DNA of 64,000 nucleotides from a virus: IMG/VR virus record IMGVR_UViG_3300011980_000002, positions 1 to 64,000 of that record; one strand, 5' to 3'. Shown piece by piece: positions 38,338 to 47,607 of this stretch (position 1 is its first letter; each line of letters starts with the position of its first letter). The notes under the pieces were generated by a model. It saw only the letters and a program-made list of their open reading frames with translations, ran no database searches and was not told where the DNA came from. The position numbers and the translations under genes were made by a program.

Positions 38338-39078
38338 ATGAAAATTGATAATTTAAAGTTGATAAATGATAACAGAAGCAAATTATCTGGAGAAGAACTT
38401 CGCGAATTAATATATAATATATGGGTTGGCATGGAACGAGATTTCGATATAGATTCATTTGTATCAAGATTATTCGAGAGACTTTTTGATATAGTGTGTT
38501 CTGATGCACTGAATGTAGATATATCTGTAAAAGGTTCTAATATACATATTAATATCAATAGAGGTGTTATTCGTATGAGTTATCTTATTATTAGATATTT
38601 TGATAGTTTTAAGATTACCATAGCTTCTGTTGATGATGTTCCATTTATAAATAGTTGGGAATTTCCATTGATATATGAGTTGAGTTTGAGTGATTTTGTT
38701 AAAAAGAACAATTCCAAAGAATCTCATAATGAAATTATATCATTACAATTATTTGGTAATGTATTATTTAGAGATTACGAGTACATAGAAGAGTTATTCC
38801 GTGAAATTGATTATGGACCAAATTTTTCATATGCTATCAAACTACGTCAACCAATATATACTATATATGCAAAATACTCACCTTTATTATATGTAGATTA
38901 TCAACGTGGTACAACTAATAGATTATGTGTGAAATTTGGAGATGTCGAGATTATTTATTATATAGAATTTGACACGTCTAATATTGTATTAAAAATAACA
39001 CCATTTTCCGTCAAAGGTATTACAGATAATTATCCGATAATTAAAGAATTATCTGTAAAAATAAATAAGAATAACTAA
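38338..39078 (+). CDS. Two-domain array protein, member 5
   Basis: MKIDNLKLIN...LIYNIWVGM..FDIDSFVSRLFERLF; FPLIYELSLSD; IISLQLFGNVLFRDYEYIEELF ... YPIIKELSVKINKNN. Confidence 0.65.
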   Translation: MKIDNLKLINDNRSKLSGEELRELIYNIWVGMERDFDIDSFVSRLFERLFDIVCSDALNVDISVKGSNIHININRGVIRMSYLIIRYFDSFKITIASVDDVPFINSWEFPLIYELSLSDFVKKNNSKESHNEIISLQLFGNVLFRDYEYIEELFREIDYGPNFSYAIKLRQPIYTIYAKYSPLLYVDYQRGTTNRLCVKFGDVEIIYYIEFDTSNIVLKITPFSVKGITDNYPIIKELSVKINKNN

Positions 39079-39263
39079 TTTATTAGAAAGGTAATATAAA
39101 TTATAATATGGATGATGAAAAAGAAAGAATTAAAAAATATTTCGAAGATATTGTATAGGATACTAGATATTCTGAGAAATTTAAAGAAGCTTGTAATAAC
39201 GATCAGATGATATCGAATATTGAAATTGAAAAAGAATGATGTTGAAATTTGGGGTAATGATAA

Positions 39264-39614
39264 ATGGCAGAAGCACTAAGAGAAATAAACCAAAATAAAT
39301 TTACTGTTAATATACCAAAAGAAGGATTGATGAATAAAGTGGTAATCAACCAATTCTTAGGTAAAAAAGAACTACGAGTTTGTATGTACCTTATGACAAT
39401 ATTATCTGGATGGTCGGACAATAGAAGAAATTCGGTATATGCAAAAGCCGATGACCCAAAGAACTATACTTCTATAAGTATATCTAAGATAAGTGAAATA
39501 CTTCACTTAGATAAAGATGATGTTGAAAAGTCTATAAAGAAGTTAGTTAAAGAAGGTATATTAGAGAAGGGTGAAGGTAAATCGACCAAGAAAGGTTACA
39601 GATTTACTTTCTAA
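39264..39614 (+). CDS. Winged-helix DNA-binding protein (MarR-like or replication-initiator-like wHTH)
   Basis: The pattern LGKKELRVCMYLM...TSISISKISEILHLDKDDVEKSIKKLVKEGILEK is typical of a wHTH recognition helix plus wing. Confidence 0.5.
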   Translation: MAEALREINQNKFTVNIPKEGLMNKVVINQFLGKKELRVCMYLMTILSGWSDNRRNSVYAKADDPKNYTSISISKISEILHLDKDDVEKSIKKLVKEGILEKGEGKSTKKGYRFTF

Positions 39615-39638
39615 AATAAATATTATTGGGGGTTATAT

Positions 39639-39968
39639 ATGAATAAATTTGAAGAGATGCTACATAAACTTGATGTAGAAGCTGGAGAAAATTACAATAA
39701 AATTCTCAGGTCTATAGAAACATCTGCAATAATAACAAAGAATAAAGTTACTCAAATACAATGGTCAGGTTCAGAATATAGTAATAAAAAACGTGATAAT
39801 ATAGAGTATATAGAAATGCCGGATGGTTCATATGCGAAATTTGTAAGAATCGATGGTATATGGTATATGGAAATAGGAATAATACTTTCTAACTACCATA
39901 TAGCATTTATAGAATATTTGAATGTTGATGAGTACCTGAATACTGGTAATTTTGTAGTGATGAAATAA
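39639..39968 (+). CDS. Hypothetical protein
   Basis: 109 aa with GGGGG upstream. Confidence 0.5.
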   Translation: MNKFEEMLHKLDVEAGENYNKILRSIETSAIITKNKVTQIQWSGSEYSNKKRDNIEYIEMPDGSYAKFVRIDGIWYMEIGIILSNYHIAFIEYLNVDEYLNTGNFVVMK

Positions 39969-40000
39969 GTACTTGATGTATATCCGTATATCTCCTTTCT

Positions 40001-40027
40001 ATATATACATACTATTCATGTGTATCT
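40001..40027 (+). promoter_or_regulatory. Class-1 promoter-like motif with an upstream ATCCGTAT box
   Basis: atccgtat (39982) is followed by atatatacatactattcatgtgtatct. Confidence 0.45.
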
Positions 40028-40057
40028 GAATATATATATAGGAAGGAGAATAGAATT

Positions 40058-40153
40058 ATGGGATACGGAACCATTTTATACGGTACAAACCCAGTGACAA
40101 TATTTTTATTTGTTGCCATCTGGGGCATCGTATTCTTCTGGGATAGAGTCTAA
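40058..40153 (+). CDS. Small hydrophobic peptide (31 aa), absent from the ORF track
   Basis: The SD GGAAGGAGAA lies 7 nt upstream. My translation is MGYGTILYGTNPVTIFLFVAIWGIVFFWDRV. It has its own promoter-like motif and terminator. Confidence 0.5.
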   Translation: MGYGTILYGTNPVTIFLFVAIWGIVFFWDRV

Positions 40154-40185
40154 TAACTTCATCCCAGAAGTTATTTTTTTTTTTG
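40135..40185 (+). terminator. Hairpin plus long T-run
   Basis: cttctgggat / atcccagaag, followed by ttatttttttttttt. Confidence 0.65.
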
Positions 40186-40251
40186 TATTATAACCATTTA
40201 TCCTGATAGTAACGATAGTATAACCATATTGGAAAGGATTGTTATATTAAA

Positions 40252-41484
40252 ATGAAAAATTTACTTATTAAAAATTTAAGAGATAATTCTCCTAAGGGAG
40301 AAAATTTATTTGATATAAACTCTACAGTTATATCATATAAAACAGGTATCCCTATATTAGATTATTATTTAGGATACCTAGTTAAAGTTTATAATAAAAA
40401 TGATGAGTTAGTAGATAAATATCCAAGTATAGGAATTCCTGCGGGATGTTTTGTTACGGTTATAGGAAAGCCGTCTACTGCTAAGACTACTATGTTAACA
40501 CAGATAGCTGCTAATATAGTAAGAGAATTTAATAATGGTTCTGTTATACATTTCGACTTAGAGCAATCTCAGAACTATTCCCGTATACAAGTATTAACTA
40601 AATTTAAAATGTCAGATATGGAAAATGGTAAATATATCTTAAGACAAGAGCAAAACTCTATTTCAGATATTAAGAAAACTATAATGAGGATTTATAAAGA
40701 AAAAACTTCTAATCCGGATAGTTATAAATACAAAACCGGTAAAATGGATGAGTTTGGTAAAGAGATAGTCATTTATGAGCCTACCTGTATCATTATAGAC
40801 TCTATTGCTACATTATCCACTGAATATAATGAGAATGATAAAAAAGATATTGCTAGATTAGAAGAGGTTGGTTCTCAAACAGAAAGAATGAGATTAACCG
40901 GAGAAATTACAAGATTCTTTAACGAATTATTACCATATATAAGAGCTGCAAATATTATTGTATTTACTATTAACCAAATTAAGACTAATCCTGGTATGGG
41001 AATAATAAAATCTCCCGCAGAAATTCTTTATCTTAATCCAGATGAAGCTTTACCTGGTGGTAGAGCTCCACAGTTCTTAGCTCATATATTACTTAAGAAT
41101 GTTGCTGTCGGTAGTGAGAAGTATAATAAAGAAGATAATGGATTTGATGGATTTGGAATGTATACCATGGTAATTAAATCCAGAGTAAACCAAGCCGGAC
41201 AAAAGATACCTTTAGTATATGATAAAATAAGAGGAGTAGATTCATTAAGAACTACTTTAGCATATGCTAAAGAATTAGGGCTAATCACAGGTAATAAGAA
41301 CAAGATGTATTTTGTAGATGATAAAGATTATTATTTTTCTATGACAAATGTACATGATGATTTTAATAATCGGAGAGAATTATATAAGAAATTATATGAT
41401 ACAGTAATTCCTATATTATCGAATAGATTAAGTACATTAGATGATGACGAGATGGAAATTGTTAATGAAGAAATGATGTATTAA
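40252..41484 (+). CDS. RecA/UvsX-family recombinase
   Basis: Walker A is IGKPSTAKTTML and Walker B is CIIIDSIATL. FTINQIKTNPGMG matches the RecA pattern INQ.R and LPGGRAPQFLAH matches the RecA pattern GG.ALKFYAS. Confidence 0.75.
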   Translation: MKNLLIKNLRDNSPKGENLFDINSTVISYKTGIPILDYYLGYLVKVYNKNDELVDKYPSIGIPAGCFVTVIGKPSTAKTTMLTQIAANIVREFNNGSVIHFDLEQSQNYSRIQVLTKFKMSDMENGKYILRQEQNSISDIKKTIMRIYKEKTSNPDSYKYKTGKMDEFGKEIVIYEPTCIIIDSIATLSTEYNENDKKDIARLEEVGSQTERMRLTGEITRFFNELLPYIRAANIIVFTINQIKTNPGMGIIKSPAEILYLNPDEALPGGRAPQFLAHILLKNVAVGSEKYNKEDNGFDGFGMYTMVIKSRVNQAGQKIPLVYDKIRGVDSLRTTLAYAKELGLITGNKNKMYFVDDKDYYFSMTNVHDDFNNRRELYKKLYDTVIPILSNRLSTLDDDEMEIVNEEMMY

Positions 41485-41565
41485 TTCCCTATTATTTATA
41501 TAATATTTAGATAGTAATTATTATTACTAATAAAAAATATTATAGTTTAATATGGGGGTAGTTGA

Positions 41566-42435
41566 ATGGAAAATTTCAACAAAGAAATATTATTTACAAC
41601 AACTGATGAATTTGATTCTGAAGACTGTAGTTTGAATTTATCCCCTGGACAGATTGTATATGCTGTTCCAGGGGAAAATTGTCTGTATGTGGATAAAGCT
41701 AGACCTGTTATTATAATTGGTCCTTATCCAAGAAACGGGTATTACACAGGATACCAAATAACCAGCAATCCAAAAGCTGGTGGCTTTCCTATTAATATCA
41801 AAGGTGCTATTAGTTTTATCAATATCAATATTACTATTTTAATTAAAGCAAGTATTAATAATTCTTATAGAATTACTGGAAGTGTAAATCCAAGACTACT
41901 AGAAATGATTAGATACCAGATTAATAGAGATATATCAGGTAATATAGATATTGATATGGAAAACTTCATAGATGATTATTATAGAATGATATTCCAGTCC
42001 GGTACTAAAACCAGAAGAGAAGTTATTAATAAACATCATGAAGAAGTATATGAAGAAGATACTATAGAAACAGATGACGTATCAGAACCGGTTAAACCTG
42101 TTATAGTGAAGGAACCTGTAAAGAAAACTTCTAATGAGATTAATAATGTATATGATAGAAGTTTCATACGTAAAGAATTCTTAGATGGAGATTCATCAAA
42201 GCCATTTAAGTCTATGAGCAAATTCACAGAAGATGAAATGATACAGATACTTACTGATATACATTCAGCAGGTTCACCTGCTAAATTTATTAAGAAATAC
42301 AACTTATCATCGCTTGCAACACTAAACAAGATGATACAAGTATTTGTACCAATCCTGAAGAATTCGAAGACTTACTCTGTTCCTAAATATATTTTAGGTC
42401 TTTATGAACTATACAAGGACAAAGTAGTTAGGTAA
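41566..42435 (+). CDS. Hypothetical protein; the N-terminal ~125 aa may be a MazF/PemK-like SH3-barrel domain
   Basis: PGQIVYAVPGENCLYVDKARPVIIIGPYPRNGYYTGYQITSN follows the MazF pattern G.I.......(R/H)RP.VV..P.......G.....(P/I)(T/C)T. The call rests on weak pattern matching only. Confidence 0.5.
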   Translation: MENFNKEILFTTTDEFDSEDCSLNLSPGQIVYAVPGENCLYVDKARPVIIIGPYPRNGYYTGYQITSNPKAGGFPINIKGAISFININITILIKASINNSYRITGSVNPRLLEMIRYQINRDISGNIDIDMENFIDDYYRMIFQSGTKTRREVINKHHEEVYEEDTIETDDVSEPVKPVIVKEPVKKTSNEINNVYDRSFIRKEFLDGDSSKPFKSMSKFTEDEMIQILTDIHSAGSPAKFIKKYNLSSLATLNKMIQVFVPILKNSKTYSVPKYILGLYELYKDKVVR

Positions 42436-42446
42436 ATTTAAATTAT

Positions 42447-42488
42447 AAATGGTTATAGGGTAATTCCTATAACCATTTATTTTTTTGG
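42447..42488 (+). terminator. Hairpin plus T7 terminator
   Basis: aaatggttatagg / cctataaccattt, followed by atttttttgg. Confidence 0.65.
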
Positions 42489-42584
42489 GTACTTTTCCTT
42501 AAATTTTTTATAGATTAATATATTATTAATTTGACATATAATAGTCTATAAAAAATTAAAAATGGGAAGGAAGTATAAAAAGTC

Positions 42585-44891
42585 ATGATGGATAATAAGA
42601 AAGGTAACTTAAAACAAAAATTACTTCAAGTTAATAAAGATATACTTGAAAATAGTACCGAAGATAATGATAAAAGATTATCCTTAATGGGAAGAGATGT
42701 ATTAACACACCCAGGATATAATAATAGTATGAGAACTACTATGTTTAATTCTCATACTACACAATTTTTAACTTTAACTAATCCGGATTTTCCTAAGACA
42801 TTCTTCGGTGCAGAAAATGTTGTTGGAGAAAATTCTGATTCTTACTATAAGACAGAGTCTAATGTAGAAGTTTATAAGAAGATAGTTAAATTTGAAAAGT
42901 TATTTGATGAGTTGGGAACTAATCCGGTTGTATACCAACTATTTACTTATGATAAAGATAATGATATGTATTCAGTTGTAAACAGATATCCTGTAGAAGA
43001 TTTATCGGAGATGTTTGGTTATGAATACGATTGTACTGAAATAGACAAGTATAATGAAGGTGATATAATTAATAAAGATACTGTATTATATAAAACCAAA
43101 TCATATGATGATTATAATAACTATGGATATGGCAAAAATGCTAATATCGCATATACTTTATCTCCTATAACTTATGAAGATGCTGCGGGTATAAGAGAGG
43201 GCTTTATTAAAGGATTTGGTAATGTTGAAGTATTCACTTACAGAGTCTCAATAAATAGTAATGATTTTCTCTTAAATATGTTTGGAAATAAAAACGAATA
43301 TAAGACCTTAGCAGATATAGGGAGTAAGGTAGATGGAGTAGTTTTAGCGTCAAGAAGAAAGTTTAATAAGCAGCTTTTATTTGACTTTAGAACTGATAAC
43401 CTTAGTAGGATATTAGAAGGTGATGAAGTCTACCATGGAAGTGGAGTTATTTTAGATTATACGATTTATTGTAATAATACTGAAATTGAGGATAATACCT
43501 TTAATAGAGATTTACTTAAGTATCTTAATTATCAAACTAAGTATTGGAAAAAGATATATAAGACTTGTGAAGAGATAATTAATTCCGGTTCTAAATATAG
43601 TAAGGATATAGATTATCTTTATAAACAAGCAAAAGATATGTTAGATACTGAAAGTAAATGGAAAGAAGGAGATACTTCATTTAATAATATCGTATTAGAT
43701 ATAGTCATAATGAATGAAGTATCAGTTGAACTTGGACAGAAGTTTACTCCTAGATATGGTAATAAAACCGTAGTTGGTAAAATATTACCGGACGATCAAA
43801 TGATGTATTACTATGATGAAGATGGTAATAAAGTATATGCTGATATGTATTTTAACTTATTAGCAATTATTAATAGAACTACAGCTTATCCATTAATAGA
43901 ATTATGTAATAACTGGATGGCTACTAAATGTGAAAGACATCTAAGAACCCTAGATACTTTGAAAGATAAAGAGAAAGTCTTATTTAGTTTCTTAAAAGAC
44001 TTTGATGAAGCTTATGGAAAAGAAAGTGAAGACATATATAAATCCTTATCTAAGAAAGATAAAGAAGCTTATATGGAAGATATTATCAATGGTAAAGGAA
44101 TATTATTAAGAGATTTACCATTCCAAGAAGACTTACCAATTTTCTATAGGTTACTCAATATCTATAAGAAGTATGATTGGCTAACAGATGATATTGTATA
44201 TATAAACAAATGGGGAAGAGAAATACCGGTATTAAATAGATATAGAATAGCTCAGATGTATGTGTTAAAGTTAAAGCAAACTTCTAAGAAAGGATTTTCT
44301 GCTCGTAATATGGGAGCAGTCAACTCTAAAGGTTTGCCTGAAAGAAGTTATAAGTCTAAAGCTCATTTAGACAAGTATTCTTCTACTGCAATAAGATTTG
44401 GAGAATATGAAACTATAGTATTTTCTATAGGACAAGAATCAGATGAGATAGCTTTATTTAATGCTTTATACAGAACTTCTGTCAAAGGAAGAAAAGACTT
44501 AGCTAAGATGTTATTAAATCCTGAAAAGATGGAAGAGTTAATGGATGATACATATATCTCAAGAACTTCAGAAATCCTTAATGTAATATTAAAATCCTTA
44601 GGATATGGAATAGAGTTTTACGATGAAGATAATGAGTTATCTTATCATAGTATAAATAATATTAATGAGTATAAATTAAATGGTAAAGCTTTATTAGTAT
44701 CAGATTTCGATGGATTTATGCTAGAAAGAATAGATGAGATATCTGAAGGAGTTCTAAATGAACATAATGAAGTTATGGATAAGAATGAGCTAATCGATAC
44801 AGTAAGAGATATATTAATAACCCAAGATTATTTAATCGGTACTAAAGACCCTGATGAAATTGAGAGGTTATTAAATTTATATTATAATTAA
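42585..44891 (+). CDS. Multisubunit RNA polymerase beta-like subunit, C-terminal half (split beta)
   Basis: NNSMRTTMFNSHTTQFLTL matches the beta pattern NRALMG.NMQRQAVP. PRYGNKTVVGKILPDDQM matches RHGNKGVVSKI.P.EDMP. STAIRFGEYETIVFSIG matches GGQRFGEMEVWAL.AYG. Confidence 0.75.
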   Translation: MMDNKKGNLKQKLLQVNKDILENSTEDNDKRLSLMGRDVLTHPGYNNSMRTTMFNSHTTQFLTLTNPDFPKTFFGAENVVGENSDSYYKTESNVEVYKKIVKFEKLFDELGTNPVVYQLFTYDKDNDMYSVVNRYPVEDLSEMFGYEYDCTEIDKYNEGDIINKDTVLYKTKSYDDYNNYGYGKNANIAYTLSPITYEDAAGIREGFIKGFGNVEVFTYRVSINSNDFLLNMFGNKNEYKTLADIGSKVDGVVLASRRKFNKQLLFDFRTDNLSRILEGDEVYHGSGVILDYTIYCNNTEIEDNTFNRDLLKYLNYQTKYWKKIYKTCEEIINSGSKYSKDIDYLYKQAKDMLDTESKWKEGDTSFNNIVLDIVIMNEVSVELGQKFTPRYGNKTVVGKILPDDQMMYYYDEDGNKVYADMYFNLLAIINRTTAYPLIELCNNWMATKCERHLRTLDTLKDKEKVLFSFLKDFDEAYGKESEDIYKSLSKKDKEAYMEDIINGKGILLRDLPFQEDLPIFYRLLNIYKKYDWLTDDIVYINKWGREIPVLNRYRIAQMYVLKLKQTSKKGFSARNMGAVNSKGLPERSYKSKAHLDKYSSTAIRFGEYETIVFSIGQESDEIALFNALYRTSVKGRKDLAKMLLNPEKMEELMDDTYISRTSEILNVILKSLGYGIEFYDEDNELSYHSINNINEYKLNGKALLVSDFDGFMLERIDEISEGVLNEHNEVMDKNELIDTVRDILITQDYLIGTKDPDEIERLLNLYYN

Positions 44892-45701
44892 TTTTCACAT
44901 TATACAGTTAATTAAAATAGGTGATGTATAATTAGTTTATCTTAATTATTAGGTGATTAATATATCACATACAAGAAACAGAAGAATATAGAAGTTATTA
45001 GTTTTATCTTATATTAAGAATATGAGTAATTATATTCAGTACTGAATAAATTTATTTAGTATTAAATTAACTTTTATTGAGGTTTTAGAATAAATAAGGT
45101 TGAGTGTATTAATTCAAAAAGTCGAGATAATATTTAATTTAAATTAATAAAATAATTTTTAGTCACTTGTAAACTTTACTAAATTCTTAATATAAAGATA
45201 AACAACTTCTACTCTTCTGGGTTAATAATATAAGATATATTTTTTTAATTATCTACCTATTTTACCCTTATTTTTTTTTTAATCAGTAGTTTGTACAAAT
45301 AATTTTAGATGTATTTATATTTCTAAGCTTTAAAGTAAATTTTTCTATTATAGAATATTCACAGATTTAGCAGATATGATATAGAAGTTATTTATGTTTA
45401 TATTTCCCTTGCCTTATAACTTTCCATAAATAACTTCGTTAGTATTATTAAAAAACTTTTTTATTAAAAAATAACTACTGATTACCGATTTAAAAACAAA
45501 TTTAGTCTTAACCAGAATTAAAGATTAATATAAACAGATAAATCTTCCAAAGTCATACATAATTAATTTAAATTTTTAAAGATATCTTGTTTATATTAAA
45601 TCCATATTTGGTTAAGACTAAATTTTGTTCCGACTTGTATCAAATAATATTCTATAAATATATATATAATGAATATTTTTATAGAGAAAGGGTATTTTTT
45701 A

Positions 45702-46535
45702 ATGACAAATAGAATAAAAAAGTATAAGAATAAGTATTATGATTTTGGCACATCAAATACATCTTTTGTTAGATTAGCAAAAGACTTAAAGTTAATTGGT
45801 GTCCAAAATTGGTATTTTATGTTAGAGATAGTAGATTATTCATTAATCAATGTAAATCCTCATGCTTGTGATGAGAATGGTAAATCTACTCTAACAAAAG
45901 AACAAATCTCAAGAGTAATAACTGAATGTATTGTTAATCCATGGTACTATCTAAGAGAAGTTGTTATTATTAAAGAAGCTGGTGCTGCTACCGGAGTTAG
46001 ATATAAAGCTAATAGAGGTAACATCGCACAAGCTTGGTGTATATTACATAATTTAGACTCTTGGTTAAATTTACCAAGACAGCAAGGTAAAACTATATCT
46101 GCTTTAGCAATAGAATCTCATATTTATAATTTTGGTACGGCTAACTCTTCATTTATCTTTATTAATAAAGATAGTGAATTAGCAAAAGCTAATTTAAGAA
46201 GAATTGGTGATATAATAGATGCATTACCGGAATATATGAGATTTAAATCATTCGTAGAAGAAGATGGTAAAGTTGTTAAAGCTAGAAATAATGCTACTAT
46301 GTATAGACATCCTGTAAATAATAATAGTATTATAGTTAAACCTAAAGCTACATCATATGATAGTGCATTAAGTATCGCAAGAGGATTATCTGCATCTATA
46401 TTACATTTTGATGAGCCAGAGTTTACACCGTATATAGATGTAATCGTAGAAAACTCTGTATCAACATTTGAAACGGCACATAGAAAGTCATTGGAAAATC
46501 ATGCAATAAGTGCCAGAATATTTACCTGTACGCCT
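45702..46535 (+). CDS. terL: Large terminase, exon 1 (ATPase domain)
   Basis: Walker A is LPRQQGKTISAL and Walker B is ILHFDEPEF. The SD AGAGAAAGGG lies before ATG 45702. The exon ends in ..TGT ACG CCT. Confidence 0.75.
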
Positions 46536-47607
46536 AAACTTATCCAATTATCTCTGGGCGTAAATAGTAGTAATACTATTAAGCAAAACCACTTTAATTG
46601 TCTGGGAAACCCTTTAAGTGCTTAAAGGACAATCAGCAGCTAAGCTTTATATTAAATATACTTATATAGATGAGGTTATATATATATATATGGAAAAAAT
46701 TATAACATATCCAAAAATTAAAAATAACAAGTACACAATATCGGATATTGGAGTTGTGAAAATTATTAGTAATAATAAGATCATGAAACCATATTTAGAT
46801 AAGGATGGTTATTATAAGATAACACTTGTCAGTGATCAAAAATCGACAGTAAGACGAGGCAATTCTCCGATACATGTGTTTATTCATAGATTAGTTGCTT
46901 GGGAATTTATAGGATGTCCGATATATAAAAATTTATGTGTAAACCACATTAATGGTATTAAATCGGATAATAGTAGTTTAAATTTAGAATGGGTTACCAT
47001 TTTAGAGAATACTAATCATGCCAAAAAAATGGGTTTATTGAATAATTCTGGGATTTTTTCTAAAAATTGTAAATATGATAGTAACCTAATACATAAAATT
47101 TGCAAATATTTAGAAAATGGCTACAGTGTTGTTGATATATTTGAAAAAATATCTACTATTGAAAATTATCATATGAACATGGGTTTATATTCTTTAATAA
47201 ATAAACTATCGAATAGAATGATTTATAAGGATATCGTAAGTCAATATAAATACGATTCGAAAATTAAAAAATATAAACGAAACTCACTCGATAGTGAGAT
47301 AATTAAATTTATAGAAATGGGATATGATAATTATGAAATACTAGACAATATAACGGACGATTGTATAAAACCTCTCGAATATAAAAAAATGTATATGAAA
47401 ATCATTTATTTACGAAGTATATTTAATTAATGAAAGTTCAACGACTAGGGAAAGACATATTATATTATTATAATATGAATCGAGTAGGCTCAATAATAGG
47501 GCGAAACGTAGATGAAACAAATCGAAACGGGTGGCTCCTTATATTATTAAATATAAGGATGATGATATAGTCTAGTCTATATAGTAATATATGGCAGATT
47601 AAGATTG
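46536..47607 (+). mobile_element. Group I intron interrupting the terminase gene and carrying an HNH homing endonuclease ORF
   Basis: The 5' exon ends in U (46535) and the intron ends in G (47607). The internal guide UCUCUGGGCGU (46551..46561) can pair GGGCGU with the exon-1 end ACGCCU (P1, with U.G at the splice site). Its UCUCU can pair with the exon-2 start GGAGA (P10). Joining the exons restores the frame as ..FTCTP|GDLDTKPG. Confidence 0.75.
46690..47430 (+). CDS. Intron-encoded HNH homing endonuclease
   Basis: YTISDIGVVKI is an N-terminal NUMOD4-like segment. HRLVAWEFIG...VNHINGIKSDNSSLNLEWVTILENTNHA is an HNH motif. Confidence 0.75.
   Translation: MEKIITYPKIKNNKYTISDIGVVKIISNNKIMKPYLDKDGYYKITLVSDQKSTVRRGNSPIHVFIHRLVAWEFIGCPIYKNLCVNHINGIKSDNSSLNLEWVTILENTNHAKKMGLLNNSGIFSKNCKYDSNLIHKICKYLENGYSVVDIFEKISTIENYHMNMGLYSLINKLSNRMIYKDIVSQYKYDSKIKKYKRNSLDSEIIKFIEMGYDNYEILDNITDDCIKPLEYKKMYMKIIYLRSIFN

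Noticed and set aside
42479-42488. The TTTTTTTGG string looked at first like a third copy of the tatgttttttgg motif.
   Set aside because: Here it is simply the T-tail of the intrinsic terminator hairpin 42447..42478 and lacks the flanking TATG. It was not counted as a class-2 motif.
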